Positions 29,899 to 40,234 of a DNA stretch of 64,000 bases are shown piece after piece. Position 1 is the stretch's first letter. Every line of letters starts with the position of its first letter. Location: NCBI GenBank assembly GCA_002347295.1, contig DDXZ01000005.1, positions 27,537 to 91,536 of the forward strand, written 5' to 3'. Made by a program: the position numbers and the translations under genes. Source of the DNA: Dehalococcoidia bacterium UBA2247 (GTDB taxonomy: Bacteria; Chloroflexota; Dehalococcoidia; UBA2247). The notes below the pieces were generated by a model. That model was not told the origin of the DNA. It was given only the letters and a program-made list of their open reading frames with translations, and ran no database searches.

Positions 29899-31887
29899 TT
29901 AAATTTTCTCCGCTAAAAGTGCGGTTGCTTTACTTTTTAGTTTAAACGGGCTGTATGCTCGACCTGACCCGTCATAAAATTTCAGTAAAAATTCGATAAA
30001 ACAAAGTCTCATCGAATGGATGAACCCACCAAGAACGCCCACAAATAGACTCAAGAAATGCCCGACTACCAATATTACTATCATTAGTATACCACCTATA
30101 ATTACTCCCGCAGTGCCGGGAATCATATCAGAAAACAATCTTGCCATTAAGTTAAAACAAGAGGCAAGGTAATAAGAAGCAAGACCAACTCCTGCCAGTC
30201 TGGCGTAAGATACTATATCACCCAGAAGCCCGGTGATATCAAATAACCAGAGAATAGCGCCAAATCCCTTACTCTGAATAATTGTGGAAGTGACAATGAA
30301 TACTACACCAACAATTATTCCTATCAGGGCAGAATCATAATTAAACCAAGAAAATGTCATCTTCATAATCATTTTAATAATGAGGGGAATACCAAATATC
30401 TGGATAATGAATAATCCGCACTTGTTTAGAATTATTCCGATAGACCTCTGTTTAATACCTTTAATGAGACCAAGGATGTGAGCAATATTAATATGAATCA
30501 CACCGATACATATCGCAAGTAATATGAAATAGATTGCATTAGTAAAGATATTTTCAACAGCGGGAACAAGAGCCATAGACTTTATGCCAAAAAATAAGTA
30601 GATGTCACCAAGATAACTACCACTAAGAGCACCGGTTATTATGCTACCAATACCACAGATATAAAGTATATTCCGGAACATTTTAACGCCATCAGTATTA
30701 GGATTGTCCACAAATTTATTTATAGCAAATTTAGCTACTAAAACCAGAGCGATACCATAAATTACATCCGCGAACATGAGGGAATAGAAAAAAGCAAAAG
30801 AATAGGCAACAAGGGGTGTTGGATCCCACTCTCTGTATCCTGGCGTGCCAAACAACCCGACAATTACCTGGAAAGGTTTGACGCCTTTCATATTTGTCTG
30901 TTTGGTGGGAGGCACCTCATCTTTTGTTGGTTTCCTACTATCAATATAGACATTTTCAATAACATTTTTTATGCCTGAAAACACTACATCGGTACTTGCT
31001 TCAGGAATCCAACCCTCAATTAATGTCACATATTTAGCTTCCGTGGCTTTTTCCAATACGAGAAAACGCTCATGTTCTGCAATTAAACATCCTCGTGTGA
31101 GAACAAGTTTCTTCAAGTTCTCCTTGACTTTATCATGTAGAATGCCACGTAATTTACTTTCTTCAGCTTCTAAACTTTTAATTTTATTATTGGTAACATG
31201 GAGAAATTCTGCTATTGAGACATCTTCATTTGGTATATTTACGATTCTACCACCGCTATCGGTGACCAGTGTTTCAACATCTTTAATAGTTTCTGTATGG
31301 GTAACGAGATACAAAACAATCTCGTCTCCGACATAAGCAAGAGCATCTGTTAATACATATTGCTTTAATCTACCAGCAAGACCTTCATAGGTTTCGCCGG
31401 AAACAGCAAAAGTTCGCGAGGAGAGATGTCTTCCGGAAAAACTAAGGTCAAGTAAATTAAGATCGGCAATAGCAGAAATGGCGTCGAGATATTTCTTTAT
31501 ATCCGTGAGTTTCTTTATCTCTTCGCTAAGTGAAAGACTTTTCTTATGTAAATCGGAAAAACTATTATATAGCTCGTTAATCTCTTTTCCTAGCTCACTG
31601 AACGGTCGAGTGTACATTACTGTAATGTCATCATCAAGAGCTGCACTTTGAACTTCTTCCCGGGGGATATAGCTCAACATGTCATTGGTAAAAGTGAGAA
31701 GCTCCTCGCATAATTTTCGCCCCTGCTCTATAATGCCACGGTCTATCTGAGATAATTCTTCGCTCTTTTCAACATGAAGAGTTCCTATCTCATGAAGTGT
31801 TTTCAGGGCTTTTTCAACATGATCTTTTACTACTATTACCCTGATTTTAACCATGGGATCGGCATTGCTGACAATTAATGGTTTCAC
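29899..31887 (-). CDS. atpI: A/V-type ATP synthase subunit I (a)
   Basis: 662 aa; soluble N-terminal half plus C-terminal polytopic membrane domain. Confidence 0.85.
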   Translation of the reverse strand: MKPLIVSNADPMVKIRVIVVKDHVEKALKTLHEIGTLHVEKSEELSQIDRGIIEQGRKLCEELLTFTNDMLSYIPREEVQSAALDDDITVMYTRPFSELGKEINELYNSFSDLHKKSLSLSEEIKKLTDIKKYLDAISAIADLNLLDLSFSGRHLSSRTFAVSGETYEGLAGRLKQYVLTDALAYVGDEIVLYLVTHTETIKDVETLVTDSGGRIVNIPNEDVSIAEFLHVTNNKIKSLEAEESKLRGILHDKVKENLKKLVLTRGCLIAEHERFLVLEKATEAKYVTLIEGWIPEASTDVVFSGIKNVIENVYIDSRKPTKDEVPPTKQTNMKGVKPFQVIVGLFGTPGYREWDPTPLVAYSFAFFYSLMFADVIYGIALVLVAKFAINKFVDNPNTDGVKMFRNILYICGIGSIITGALSGSYLGDIYLFFGIKSMALVPAVENIFTNAIYFILLAICIGVIHINIAHILGLIKGIKQRSIGIILNKCGLFIIQIFGIPLIIKMIMKMTFSWFNYDSALIGIIVGVVFIVTSTIIQSKGFGAILWLFDITGLLGDIVSYARLAGVGLASYYLASCFNLMARLFSDMIPGTAGVIIGGILMIVILVVGHFLSLFVGVLGGFIHSMRLCFIEFLLKFYDGSGRAYSPFKLKSKATALLAEKI

Positions 31888-32285
31888 TTTGCACCTGTTC
31901 CTGTAACCATCTCGACTAACCGTTTAACAATACTATTTTCTTTGCCACCGATAGTATCTTTGATTCGGGATGCCTCTACCTTAGCGTTTTTAAGCTTCTG
32001 ACTGGCTTCACTTTGAGCGGCTTTAATAATTTTTTCACGTTCTGATGCTACTTCACCAAGCTCCAGAGCTACACCAGTAATCCTGTTTGCCTCTTCTCTG
32101 GATTTTAATAAAATATCATTGGATTTAATCCTGGCCTCATCAAGTATCTTTTCAGCTTCATTTTCTATGGTTGCGACACTAACTGAAATTTTTTCTGTTC
32201 CTTTACTCTGTGTTAATGCCGCTTCTGTTTTGGTGTCTTCGCTTTTTGTAGCTTCCGTACCGCCAGTAGCTTTATCTACAGTCAT
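31884..32285 (-). CDS. atpH: A/V-type ATP synthase small stator subunit (H/G-like)
   Basis: 133 aa; Ala/Glu/Lys-rich helix; first gene of the operon, overlapping atpI. Confidence 0.6.
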   Translation of the reverse strand: MTVDKATGGTEATKSEDTKTEAALTQSKGTEKISVSVATIENEAEKILDEARIKSNDILLKSREEANRITGVALELGEVASEREKIIKAAQSEASQKLKNAKVEASRIKDTIGGKENSIVKRLVEMVTGTGAK

Positions 32286-32319
32286 TATTCACCTCATTCT
32301 GAGTAAATTATGAAAGACT

Positions 32320-32349
32320 AATGATAGCCATAAATGTATTTGCTGTCAA
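32320..32349 (-). promoter_or_regulatory. Sigma70-like promoter for the A/V-ATPase operon (TTGACA-N17-TATCAT on the minus strand)
   Basis: Read as the reverse complement at 32344-32349 and 32320-32325; GAGGTGA RBS before atpH. Confidence 0.4.
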
Positions 32350-32455
32350 GCATTTTTTGTAAACGATATTTAACATAAATAACGATATTAATAAATATTT
32401 GTCAATTATATTTAAGAAAGTAAACATAATATTTTATTCAAAAATATTAAATAAG

Positions 32456-32484
32456 CTTGACGCAGTTACTGCGTGACTTTAGAA
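32456..32484 (+). promoter_or_regulatory. Sigma70-like promoter TTGACG-N17-TAGAAT for the tRNA-Ser genes
   Basis: Read directly; about 20 nt upstream of the tRNA 5' end. Confidence 0.4.
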
Positions 32485-32503
32485 TAGCGTCAAGTTACTG
32501 GAA

Positions 32504-32594
32504 GGAGAGGTGTCCGAGTGGTTCATGGTGCCGCTCTCGAAAAGCGGTCCCCAATTATATTGGGGCGTGGGTTCGAATCCCACCCTCTCCGCCA
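32504..32594 (+). tRNA. tRNA-Ser (anticodon CGA), long variable arm, CCA encoded
   Basis: GGAGAGGTGTCCGAGTGG start, anticodon loop CTCGAAA, GGGTTCGAATCCC T-arm, CCTCTCCGCCA end. Confidence 0.85.
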
Positions 32595-32706
32595 TAAATA
32601 GATAGATTTATTAAGGATAACAACTATAATAAATTTAATGATAAAAGATTATTGACTAAAGTAATAAGACAGTTTAACCTATAGTTTTCTACCATTTAGA
32701 CATTGC

Positions 32707-32796
<90 letters not shown>

Positions 32797-32805
32797 TTTA
32801 TCTTT

Positions 32806-33924
32806 TTGCTTATGATTAATGACATTAAATATTGGAATGCATTTAATCTCATACCAGGTATTGGAAGAGTAAAATATTCCCTCCTCGAGAAGTATTTTGG
32901 TGTACTGGAGAAGGCGTGGATAGCGACATCTGTTGAACTTAGAGAAGCCGGACTCGACCCGAAAACGGTAGATTCCATAATTACTGGTCGAAAAAACATT
33001 TCTCCGGAACAAGAACTGGAAAAGTTGCATAAATTAGATATTAAAATATATTCATGGAATGATGAGGGTTATCCTGCCCGGCTCAAAGAAATAGATGATA
33101 AACCACCGGTACTTTATGTAAAGGGAGCATTAATTTCTGAAGATGAGTGGTCAATAGCAGTTGTTGGTACCAGAAGAGCAACGGTATATGGTCGCCAGAT
33201 AACTGATGATATTGTTGGTAATTTATCACGCTGTAAAATTACTATTGTGAGCGGCCTGGCGAGAGGTATAGATACTATTGCACATAAGACTGCACTTAGC
33301 GCCGGTGGAAGGACTGTTGCCGTATTTGGATGTGGTTTGGATATGGTTTATCCTGCAGATAATCTTGATTTGGCACGCAGGATTTGTGAGTGTGGCGCAC
33401 TGGTAAGTGAATATCCTCTGGGGACACGACCACGTGCAGATAATTTTCCGCGGCGTAATCGTATTATGAGTGGTATGAGTCTGGGAGTACTTGTAATAGA
33501 AGCTAATGAAAGAAGTGGAGCTCTCATAACTGCTCATCAGGCTCTGGAACAAAATAGAGAGGTTTTTGCTATTCCGGGAAGTGTATTATCCCCGGCAAGT
33601 CGTGGCACGAACCGTCTCATCCAGGAAGGGGCCAAGCTTGTATTAAATTATAACGATGTGCTGGAAGAATTGAATCTCTGTATTACAGAGCAACAGTCTG
33701 AGATGCAGGAGTATAGTTATGTTACCGATACTGAAAATATGATATTAAAGTGTCTGTCGAGTGAAGCAACACATATTGATGAAATATGTCATCGTAGTGA
33801 GCTTCCCATATCAACAGTAAGTAGTCTTCTTTCTGTTATGGAGTTACGAGGGATAGTAAAACAGCTCGGGGCGATGCAATATATAATAAACAAGGGGATA
33901 AATTATACTGGTTCGAGTAGGTAA
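32806..33924 (+). CDS. dprA: DNA processing protein DprA/Smf
   Basis: Rossmann-like DprA core (IAVVGTRRAT...VSGLARGIDT...); the track start is TTG; ATG at 32812 is an alternative. Confidence 0.85.
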   Translation: MLMINDIKYWNAFNLIPGIGRVKYSLLEKYFGVLEKAWIATSVELREAGLDPKTVDSIITGRKNISPEQELEKLHKLDIKIYSWNDEGYPARLKEIDDKPPVLYVKGALISEDEWSIAVVGTRRATVYGRQITDDIVGNLSRCKITIVSGLARGIDTIAHKTALSAGGRTVAVFGCGLDMVYPADNLDLARRICECGALVSEYPLGTRPRADNFPRRNRIMSGMSLGVLVIEANERSGALITAHQALEQNREVFAIPGSVLSPASRGTNRLIQEGAKLVLNYNDVLEELNLCITEQQSEMQEYSYVTDTENMILKCLSSEATHIDEICHRSELPISTVSSLLSVMELRGIVKQLGAMQYIINKGINYTGSSR

Positions 33925-33926
33925 TA

Positions 33927-36038
33927 ATGGCAAAAAAATTAGTAATTGTAGAATCGCCTGCAAAGGCAAAAACAATCGGTAAATTATTAGGGAAAGGTTA
34001 CAATGTTAAGGCTTCTATCGGGCATATTCGTGACCTGCCTAAAAGTAAGCTGGGTGTAGATATAGATAATGAATTTACACCACAATATGTGATTCCCAGA
34101 GATAGAAAGAAAATAATAAAAGAGTTAAAAGATGCTGCGAAGGAAGCCTCTGCGATATATCTGGCTACTGATCCGGATCGAGAGGGTGAGGCAATTTCAT
34201 GGCATTTAACTATGGCTGTTCCATTTGAGGGTAAGTCAATACATCGTGTGATATTTCACGAACTTACGGATAAAGCAATTAATACGGCATTTCATAATCC
34301 TACTGTTATTGATATGAACAAAGTTAACGCACAACAAGCAAGGCGTATACTGGACCGGCTTGTTGGTTATAAAATTAGTCCGCTGCTCTGGCAAAAGGTA
34401 AGGCGAGGTCTCTCAGCAGGAAGAGTACAATCAGTTGCATTGCGCATGATTGTCGAGCGGGAACGTGAAATTGGGAATTTCACTCCGGAAGAGTTCTGGA
34501 CTATTGATGCATTACTGAAGAAACCTGGTGCAGAGCCGCAGTTTATTGCCAAGTTGAACGGTTTTGTTGATAAGAAAAAGAAATTAATCATTCATAATAA
34601 AGAAGAATCGGATAAATTAATTGCCGAATTACGTATTTCACAATATTCTGTTGTAAGCGTAAATAGTAAGACAGTGCTTCGTCAGCCATATCCACCTTTT
34701 ATTACCAGTACTCTGCAACAAGAGGCATGGCAAAAGCTGCGATTTACCGCACAACGTACTATGCGGATAGCACAACAACTTTATGAAGGTCTGGCAATAG
34801 GTGATGGTCAGATTACCGGTCTGATTACATATATGCGTACTGATTCTACACGTATCGACCCGGCGGAAATTTCTGAGGCGAGAGATTATGTCAAGGAAAG
34901 ATACGGAACTGAATTTATTCCTGTAAATCCCCGTCATTTTGTGAGGAAAATAAAAGGAGCACAGGAAGCGCATGAAGCAATTCGCCCGACGTCGATCAGA
35001 AGGGAACCGGATAGCCTTAAAAAATATTTAACGGTGGACCAGTATAAATTATATGAGCTAATCTGGAAAAAAGTACTGGCGAGTCAGATGTCGGCTGCGT
35101 CATTCCGTGTTTTAACTGTGGATATTGAAGCAAAATCGAGAGATATAAAAAATAATTACTTGTTAAGAGCATCGAGTTCCACACTCACTTTTAAAGGATT
35201 TTTAATATTAAGCGGAGAGACAAAAGAAGATGTTGAAGGAATTGATTCCAGCAAGTTGCCCGACCTGTTAAAAAATGATACCCTTGAGTTGAAAGATTTA
35301 GTGCCGGAGCAGCATTTCACACAGCCACCTCCGCGCTATACTGAAGCTACTTTGATAAAAGCCCTGGAAGATAATGGTATTGGACGTCCCAGTACTTATG
35401 CTTCGATTGTTTCTGTAATACAGGAACGTGAATATGTAAGTAAAAAAGAGGGGAGACTGCATCCCGCCGAGATTGGCATGGTAATCAGTGATCTCTTAAC
35501 ACAAAATTTTCCTGATACGATAAATGTAGGTTTTACTGCGGAAATGGAAGAGGAACTAGATAAAGTTGCTCGTGGAGAAATAGATTGGATATCTATACTG
35601 CAGGGCTTTTATCCCTCTTTTGCCGACACTCTGGAAAAGGCGAAGTCTAACGTGCAAAAAATAAAATTAGCTGATGAAGAAACAGGTGAAGTGTGTCCTA
35701 ATTGTGGTAAACCTATGGTGATTAAAATGGGGCGTTTTGGTAAGTTTGTTGCCTGTAGTGGGTATCCTGAATGTAAGACTACTAAACCCCTGGTGAAAAA
35801 GACAGGTGTAAAATGTCCAGAGTGTGAAGGGGAGTTGGTAGAAAGACAATCTAAAAAAGGACGAAAATTCTATGGATGTTCTAATTACCCTGCTTGTGAT
35901 TTCATAATTAATAAAAAACCACTGGCAACAGCTTGCCCCCAATGCGGGGCTATTATGGTTGTTCAGGGTACTAAAATGGCAAAGTGCACAAAATGTGACT
36001 ATAAAATGAAGTTAGAGAATACAGAAGCCGTTAGTTAA
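33927..36038 (+). CDS. topA: DNA topoisomerase I with C-terminal Zn ribbons
   Basis: TOPRIM N-terminus (LVIVESPAKAKTI), active-site region, three C4 zinc-finger repeats at the C-terminus. Confidence 0.9.
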   Translation: MAKKLVIVESPAKAKTIGKLLGKGYNVKASIGHIRDLPKSKLGVDIDNEFTPQYVIPRDRKKIIKELKDAAKEASAIYLATDPDREGEAISWHLTMAVPFEGKSIHRVIFHELTDKAINTAFHNPTVIDMNKVNAQQARRILDRLVGYKISPLLWQKVRRGLSAGRVQSVALRMIVEREREIGNFTPEEFWTIDALLKKPGAEPQFIAKLNGFVDKKKKLIIHNKEESDKLIAELRISQYSVVSVNSKTVLRQPYPPFITSTLQQEAWQKLRFTAQRTMRIAQQLYEGLAIGDGQITGLITYMRTDSTRIDPAEISEARDYVKERYGTEFIPVNPRHFVRKIKGAQEAHEAIRPTSIRREPDSLKKYLTVDQYKLYELIWKKVLASQMSAASFRVLTVDIEAKSRDIKNNYLLRASSSTLTFKGFLILSGETKEDVEGIDSSKLPDLLKNDTLELKDLVPEQHFTQPPPRYTEATLIKALEDNGIGRPSTYASIVSVIQEREYVSKKEGRLHPAEIGMVISDLLTQNFPDTINVGFTAEMEEELDKVARGEIDWISILQGFYPSFADTLEKAKSNVQKIKLADEETGEVCPNCGKPMVIKMGRFGKFVACSGYPECKTTKPLVKKTGVKCPECEGELVERQSKKGRKFYGCSNYPACDFIINKKPLATACPQCGAIMVVQGTKMAKCTKCDYKMKLENTEAVS

Positions 36039-36066
36039 TTATGCCAGGAAAAAAGTGAGATAGAAC

Positions 36067-36981
36067 GTGCGAGTTGATCTTCAGCGTTATATTACATACT
36101 TAGAAGCGGAAAACAATGTTTCTCCTTATACTATTCGTAATTACTTGAATGATTTAAAGGGATTTTTTTCTTTTCTTAGTGAAAGCAATGTAATTAGTCT
36201 GGAAATGGTTGAGCAGAGTGATATGCGAAGGTATCTGACTCAACTTCAGAAACGTGGTATTGCCAAGTCAAGTATGGCACGTAAGCTTTCCGCTATCCGC
36301 TCTCTTTATCGCTACCTGGAACGCGAGGACTTAATTGCTTATAATCCTGTGGCAAGCACATCATCGCCTAAATTAACCAGACAGCTCCCTGATTTTCTGT
36401 CGGTCGAGGAGATTGAACGACTTATTAATACACCTGATATAGCTACGCCACAAGGGCAAAGAGACAGGGCAATTCTGGAATTTCTGTATGATGCAGGTTT
36501 GCGTGTTAGTGAACTGGTCCAATTAAAAATAGAGCAGATAAATTTAGAGGGCAGGGAAGTACGTGTTTGGGGTAAAGGATCCAAGGAACGGGTAGCATTA
36601 ATCGGGAAACATGCTGTAGAGGCATTAAGAGTTTATTTATATGATGGTCGTAATAAATTACGTGGGAAAAAAAATACTGATGCCCTTTTTTTAAATAGAT
36701 ATGGTGGTGTAATATCACAGCGTTCGGTTCAAATAATGGTAGATAAATATGCTCGTCAGGCCGGCATGAAAGTAAAAGTGCATCCGCATATGTTGCGTCA
36801 TACATTTGCGACACATCTGCTTGATGGGGGTGCTGATTTGAGAGTAGTTCAAGAACTTCTCGGTCATACAAGTTTGAGCTCGACTCAAATTTATACACAT
36901 GTAACGCAAAACCAGATGAGAAAAATATATTTGGCGGCTCACCCACGTGTTAAAGATAACATGCAAGGAGAGAAAAAATGA
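36067..36981 (+). CDS. Tyrosine site-specific recombinase XerC/XerD family (GTG start)
   Basis: C-terminal HxLRHTFAT...LGHxxxxxTxxYTH catalytic motif. Confidence 0.85.
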   Translation: MRVDLQRYITYLEAENNVSPYTIRNYLNDLKGFFSFLSESNVISLEMVEQSDMRRYLTQLQKRGIAKSSMARKLSAIRSLYRYLEREDLIAYNPVASTSSPKLTRQLPDFLSVEEIERLINTPDIATPQGQRDRAILEFLYDAGLRVSELVQLKIEQINLEGREVRVWGKGSKERVALIGKHAVEALRVYLYDGRNKLRGKKNTDALFLNRYGGVISQRSVQIMVDKYARQAGMKVKVHPHMLRHTFATHLLDGGADLRVVQELLGHTSLSSTQIYTHVTQNQMRKIYLAAHPRVKDNMQGEKK

Positions 36982-37418
36982 AAATACTGATTATTAATGG
37001 CCCGAATCTGAATATGCTCGGCAAACGTGACAAGAATATTTATGGTGATAGGACTCTGAATGAGATCAATTCCTTACTTCAGAGCGAGGCAAATAGAATG
37101 AAGGCGGAACTATTATTTTTCCAATCTAATAGCGAAGGTAATATTATTGATTTTATTCAACAGGAATCAATTAATGCCAGAGGTATCATTATTAATGCAG
37201 GAGCTCTTACCCACTATAGTCTGGCATTGCGGGATGCTTTAATAGATAGTACATTGCCTGTTATTGAAGTGCATATTTCTAATATTTACTCCCGTGAAGA
37301 ATGGCGGGCAAAATCGGTGATCGCTCCTATAGCAAAAGGACAAATATCAGGATTGGGCTGGCATGGTTATGTTGCAGCATTACAAGTACTCGCTGATGAA
37401 CTGAATAAAAAGGACTGA
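36978..37418 (+). CDS. aroQ: 3-dehydroquinate dehydratase, type II
   Basis: ILIINGPNLNMLG...YG; 146 aa. Confidence 0.9.
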   Translation: MKILIINGPNLNMLGKRDKNIYGDRTLNEINSLLQSEANRMKAELLFFQSNSEGNIIDFIQQESINARGIIINAGALTHYSLALRDALIDSTLPVIEVHISNIYSREEWRAKSVIAPIAKGQISGLGWHGYVAALQVLADELNKKD

Positions 37419-37420
37419 TT

Positions 37421-38503
37421 ATGGTAGAAAGGTTAGCAAAATTGCGCCAGGAGTTAGAAAAGAAGAACCTGGACGCAATACTTATTGCACAACCGGAAAA
37501 TCGTCGTTATCTCAGTAGTTTTACAGGCTCGGCAGGTTATCTTGTTGTCTCGCAGAAAAAAGCTGTTCTGGCTACTGACTTTCGTTATATTCAACAAGCA
37601 AAAGAGCAATCTCCCGATTGGGATATTTTTCGTACTCTGGGGGATATCCATAAGTGGCTTCCTGAAGTGATTTCAGATTGGCACATTGAGAATATTGGGT
37701 TTGAATCAAGGCATATTTCATATGCTGTATATCAACAGCTGGTAGAAACTATGAGCAAATTTACACAAGGTGTGCGCCTGGTAGCAGTTGATGCGCTGGT
37801 AGAACAGATACGTGCTATTAAGGATGATGGAGAAATTGCGTCAATTATGAAAGCAGCAAAAATAGCCGATGATGCTTTTGACTATATTCTGACCATAATC
37901 CATCCAGACATGACAGAAAAAGAGGCGGCCTGGCAAATAGAGCGGTTTCTACGCGATAACGGTAGTGAAAGTGTACCTTTTGAGATAATAGCAGCATCAG
38001 GACCCCATTCATCTTTGCCACATGCACAACCATCAGATCGTGTTTTTCATGTTGATGAACCGATATTATTTGATTTTGGAGCAAAAATAGAGGGATATTG
38101 CAGCGATTTATCTCGTACGGTTTGTCTTTCGTCAGGGGAAAATCAAAAATTTTCCGAAATATATAATATCGTTCTTGAAGCTCAGATGGCTGCGATAAAT
38201 CAAATACAGGCAGGAATTTCAGTTGGAGATGCTGATAGTATCGCCCGGTCTGTCATCCGGAAATATGGTTATGGAGATTTTTTCGGTCATAGTCTGGGGC
38301 ATGGTATTGGTTTAGCGACTCACGAAAGTCCTGTTGTGGGACCGCTGTCAACGGGTATTCTGAATAATAATATGATTTTCACAGTAGAACCGGGTATATA
38401 TCTCAGTGATTGGGGAGGAGTACGAATCGAAGATACAGTGATTCTAAAGAATGACAGGATTACTGTACTTAGTAAAGCTGATAAATTATCAGGTTATTTC
38501 TAG
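37421..38503 (+). CDS. Xaa-Pro aminopeptidase / M24 family metallopeptidase
   Basis: Creatinase N-domain plus M24 pita-bread fold motifs (HGLGHGIG, VEPGIY). Confidence 0.8.
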   Translation: MVERLAKLRQELEKKNLDAILIAQPENRRYLSSFTGSAGYLVVSQKKAVLATDFRYIQQAKEQSPDWDIFRTLGDIHKWLPEVISDWHIENIGFESRHISYAVYQQLVETMSKFTQGVRLVAVDALVEQIRAIKDDGEIASIMKAAKIADDAFDYILTIIHPDMTEKEAAWQIERFLRDNGSESVPFEIIAASGPHSSLPHAQPSDRVFHVDEPILFDFGAKIEGYCSDLSRTVCLSSGENQKFSEIYNIVLEAQMAAINQIQAGISVGDADSIARSVIRKYGYGDFFGHSLGHGIGLATHESPVVGPLSTGILNNNMIFTVEPGIYLSDWGGVRIEDTVILKNDRITVLSKADKLSGYF

Positions 38504-38523
38504 AAGGGATTAAGGGTAATATT

Positions 38524-39168
38524 TTGTTAAAGGCTGATTTGCATCTGCATACTTCCTATTCGAGCGATTCTAATTCCTCTCCCGAGCAGATAATTGTTTG
38601 TTGTCTTGAGAAAGGTATTAATTGTCTTGCTGTTACTGACCACGGTACGATTGCAGGTGCGTTGAAAATTAAAGAAATAGCTCCCTTTACTATAATTATT
38701 GGTGAGGAAGTTTCTACGTTATCAGGTGATATGATTGGCTATTTTCTTACTCGTGATATACCCAATGGAATATCTGCCGAGGAAGCTGCAATCCGGATAA
38801 AAGAACAGGGTGGAATTGTGTGCATCCCTCATCCTTTTACGCATTTTCGTTCTTCTGCAATGACAGTAGATAATGTACATAAGTTAATGCCTTATATTGA
38901 AGTGATAGAAGTGTTTAATGCACGTTCTATATTTCTGGATAATACGGGGAAAGCGGAGTCTTTTGCGCGGGAACATGGTTTTCTTATTAGTGCTGGTAGT
39001 GATGCTCATACGTTAGGTGAAATAGGTAATGCTTATCTTGAAATGCCGGAATTTAATAATCAGGATAGTTTCCGTCAGGCTTTATTGAATGGTAAGATTA
39101 TGGGACATTATGCTAATCCTCTGGTACATTTTGGTAGTACAAAAGCAAGAATCAGGAAAAAATGGTAG
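38524..39168 (+). CDS. PHP-domain phosphoesterase
   Basis: DLHLHTSYS and HP...GSDAH metal-binding motifs; TTG start. Confidence 0.7.
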   Translation: MLKADLHLHTSYSSDSNSSPEQIIVCCLEKGINCLAVTDHGTIAGALKIKEIAPFTIIIGEEVSTLSGDMIGYFLTRDIPNGISAEEAAIRIKEQGGIVCIPHPFTHFRSSAMTVDNVHKLMPYIEVIEVFNARSIFLDNTGKAESFAREHGFLISAGSDAHTLGEIGNAYLEMPEFNNQDSFRQALLNGKIMGHYANPLVHFGSTKARIRKKW

Positions 39169-39326
39169 CGTGCTATTTTGGTTGTTCTCCTTACCATTCC
39201 GTTGTAAGCTTGTCCCGTACTCGATACGGGAACGGAATCCAGAGGGGCGGTGTATAGGCTGGATACCGACTTTCGTCGGTATGGGATATTTATCACTATT
39301 TAAATATCAACCAAAATAGCACGCTA
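39166..39326. repeat. MITE-like structured repeat, copy 1 (161 bp). It has 19-bp terminal inverted repeats ending ...TTTTGGTTG and internal hairpins, including ATACCGACtttcGTCGGTAT.
   Basis: TIRs tagcgtgctattttggttg / caaccaaaatagcacgcta read directly; the internal sequence is shared with the copy at 44223..44373. Confidence 0.6.
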
Positions 39327-39355
39327 CCGAAAAAATTGAATCCCCGGAGGTAATT

Positions 39356-40159
39356 ATGTATCAAATAGGATGGTTTTCAACGGGTAGGGGTAGTGGCTCA
39401 CGAAGTTTGCTTAAAACGGTATGGGATAGTATACAGAACAAGGAATTAAAAGTAACCATTCCATTTGTTTTTAGTAATAGAGAACAAGGGGAAGCCGAGG
39501 GAAGTGATATGTTCTTTCAGCAAGTTCAGGGATATGGTATTCCCCTGATTAAATTTTCCTCGAAATATTTTGAGTCAAAAAGTACTACAAGAATGACTCC
39601 GGAATGGAGATTGGAATATGATCGGGAAATAATGGCCCGGTTAGCCGGTTATCATCCGGACCTTATTATTCTAGCAGGGTATATGCTTATTGTTGGCAGT
39701 GAGATGTGTCAGAAATACACTATGATTAATCTTCATCCGGCACAGCCTGGTGGACCAAAGGGTATGTGGCAGGATATTATCTGGCAGTTAATTGAGAAAA
39801 AGCAAGCACAGGGTGGAATAATGATGCATCTGGTTATACCGGAACTGGATGCTGGTCCCCCGGTTACTTATTGTACATATTCTATTAGAGGGGAACCTTT
39901 TGATACTTACTGGCAGGAACTGGAATATATGTCTCTAGCAGAAATAAGACGCGAGCAAGGAGAAAATTATCCTCTTTTTAAGTTGATTCGACAAAGCGGG
40001 CTATCACGGGAGTTACCTTTGATTTTCACCACAATAAAGGCTTTTAGCGAAGGAAAAGTAAAAGTTGACCTCTCCCGTAAGCTGGTTATTGATGAAACAG
40101 GCCAATCTATTTCCGGTTATGACTTAAGTGATGAAATTAATCGTATTCTACAAAAATAA
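39356..40159 (+). CDS. Formyltransferase-family protein (PurN/Fmt N-domain-like)
   Basis: GSGSRSLL...DLIILAGYMLIV...INLHPAQPGGPKG motifs resemble the folate-dependent formyltransferase core. Confidence 0.55.
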   Translation: MYQIGWFSTGRGSGSRSLLKTVWDSIQNKELKVTIPFVFSNREQGEAEGSDMFFQQVQGYGIPLIKFSSKYFESKSTTRMTPEWRLEYDREIMARLAGYHPDLIILAGYMLIVGSEMCQKYTMINLHPAQPGGPKGMWQDIIWQLIEKKQAQGGIMMHLVIPELDAGPPVTYCTYSIRGEPFDTYWQELEYMSLAEIRREQGENYPLFKLIRQSGLSRELPLIFTTIKAFSEGKVKVDLSRKLVIDETGQSISGYDLSDEINRILQK

Positions 40160-40174
40160 GTTTAATATCAAGAT

Positions 40175-40214
40175 AAACATAAAGAGCCAGTATTAAATAC
40201 TGGCTCTTTATGTT
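40175..40214. terminator. Long palindromic hairpin between convergent genes (candidate bidirectional terminator)
   Basis: aaacataaagagccagta ttaaa tactggctctttatgttt, read directly. Confidence 0.5.
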
Positions 40215-40234
40215 TGGGATAAGACGTTGGATTT

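Noticed and set aside
39089-39319. 76-aa and 62-aa ORFs overlapping the MITE-like repeat
   Set aside because: The sequence is better explained as a structured inverted-repeat element. The ORFs run through palindromes and have no RBS.
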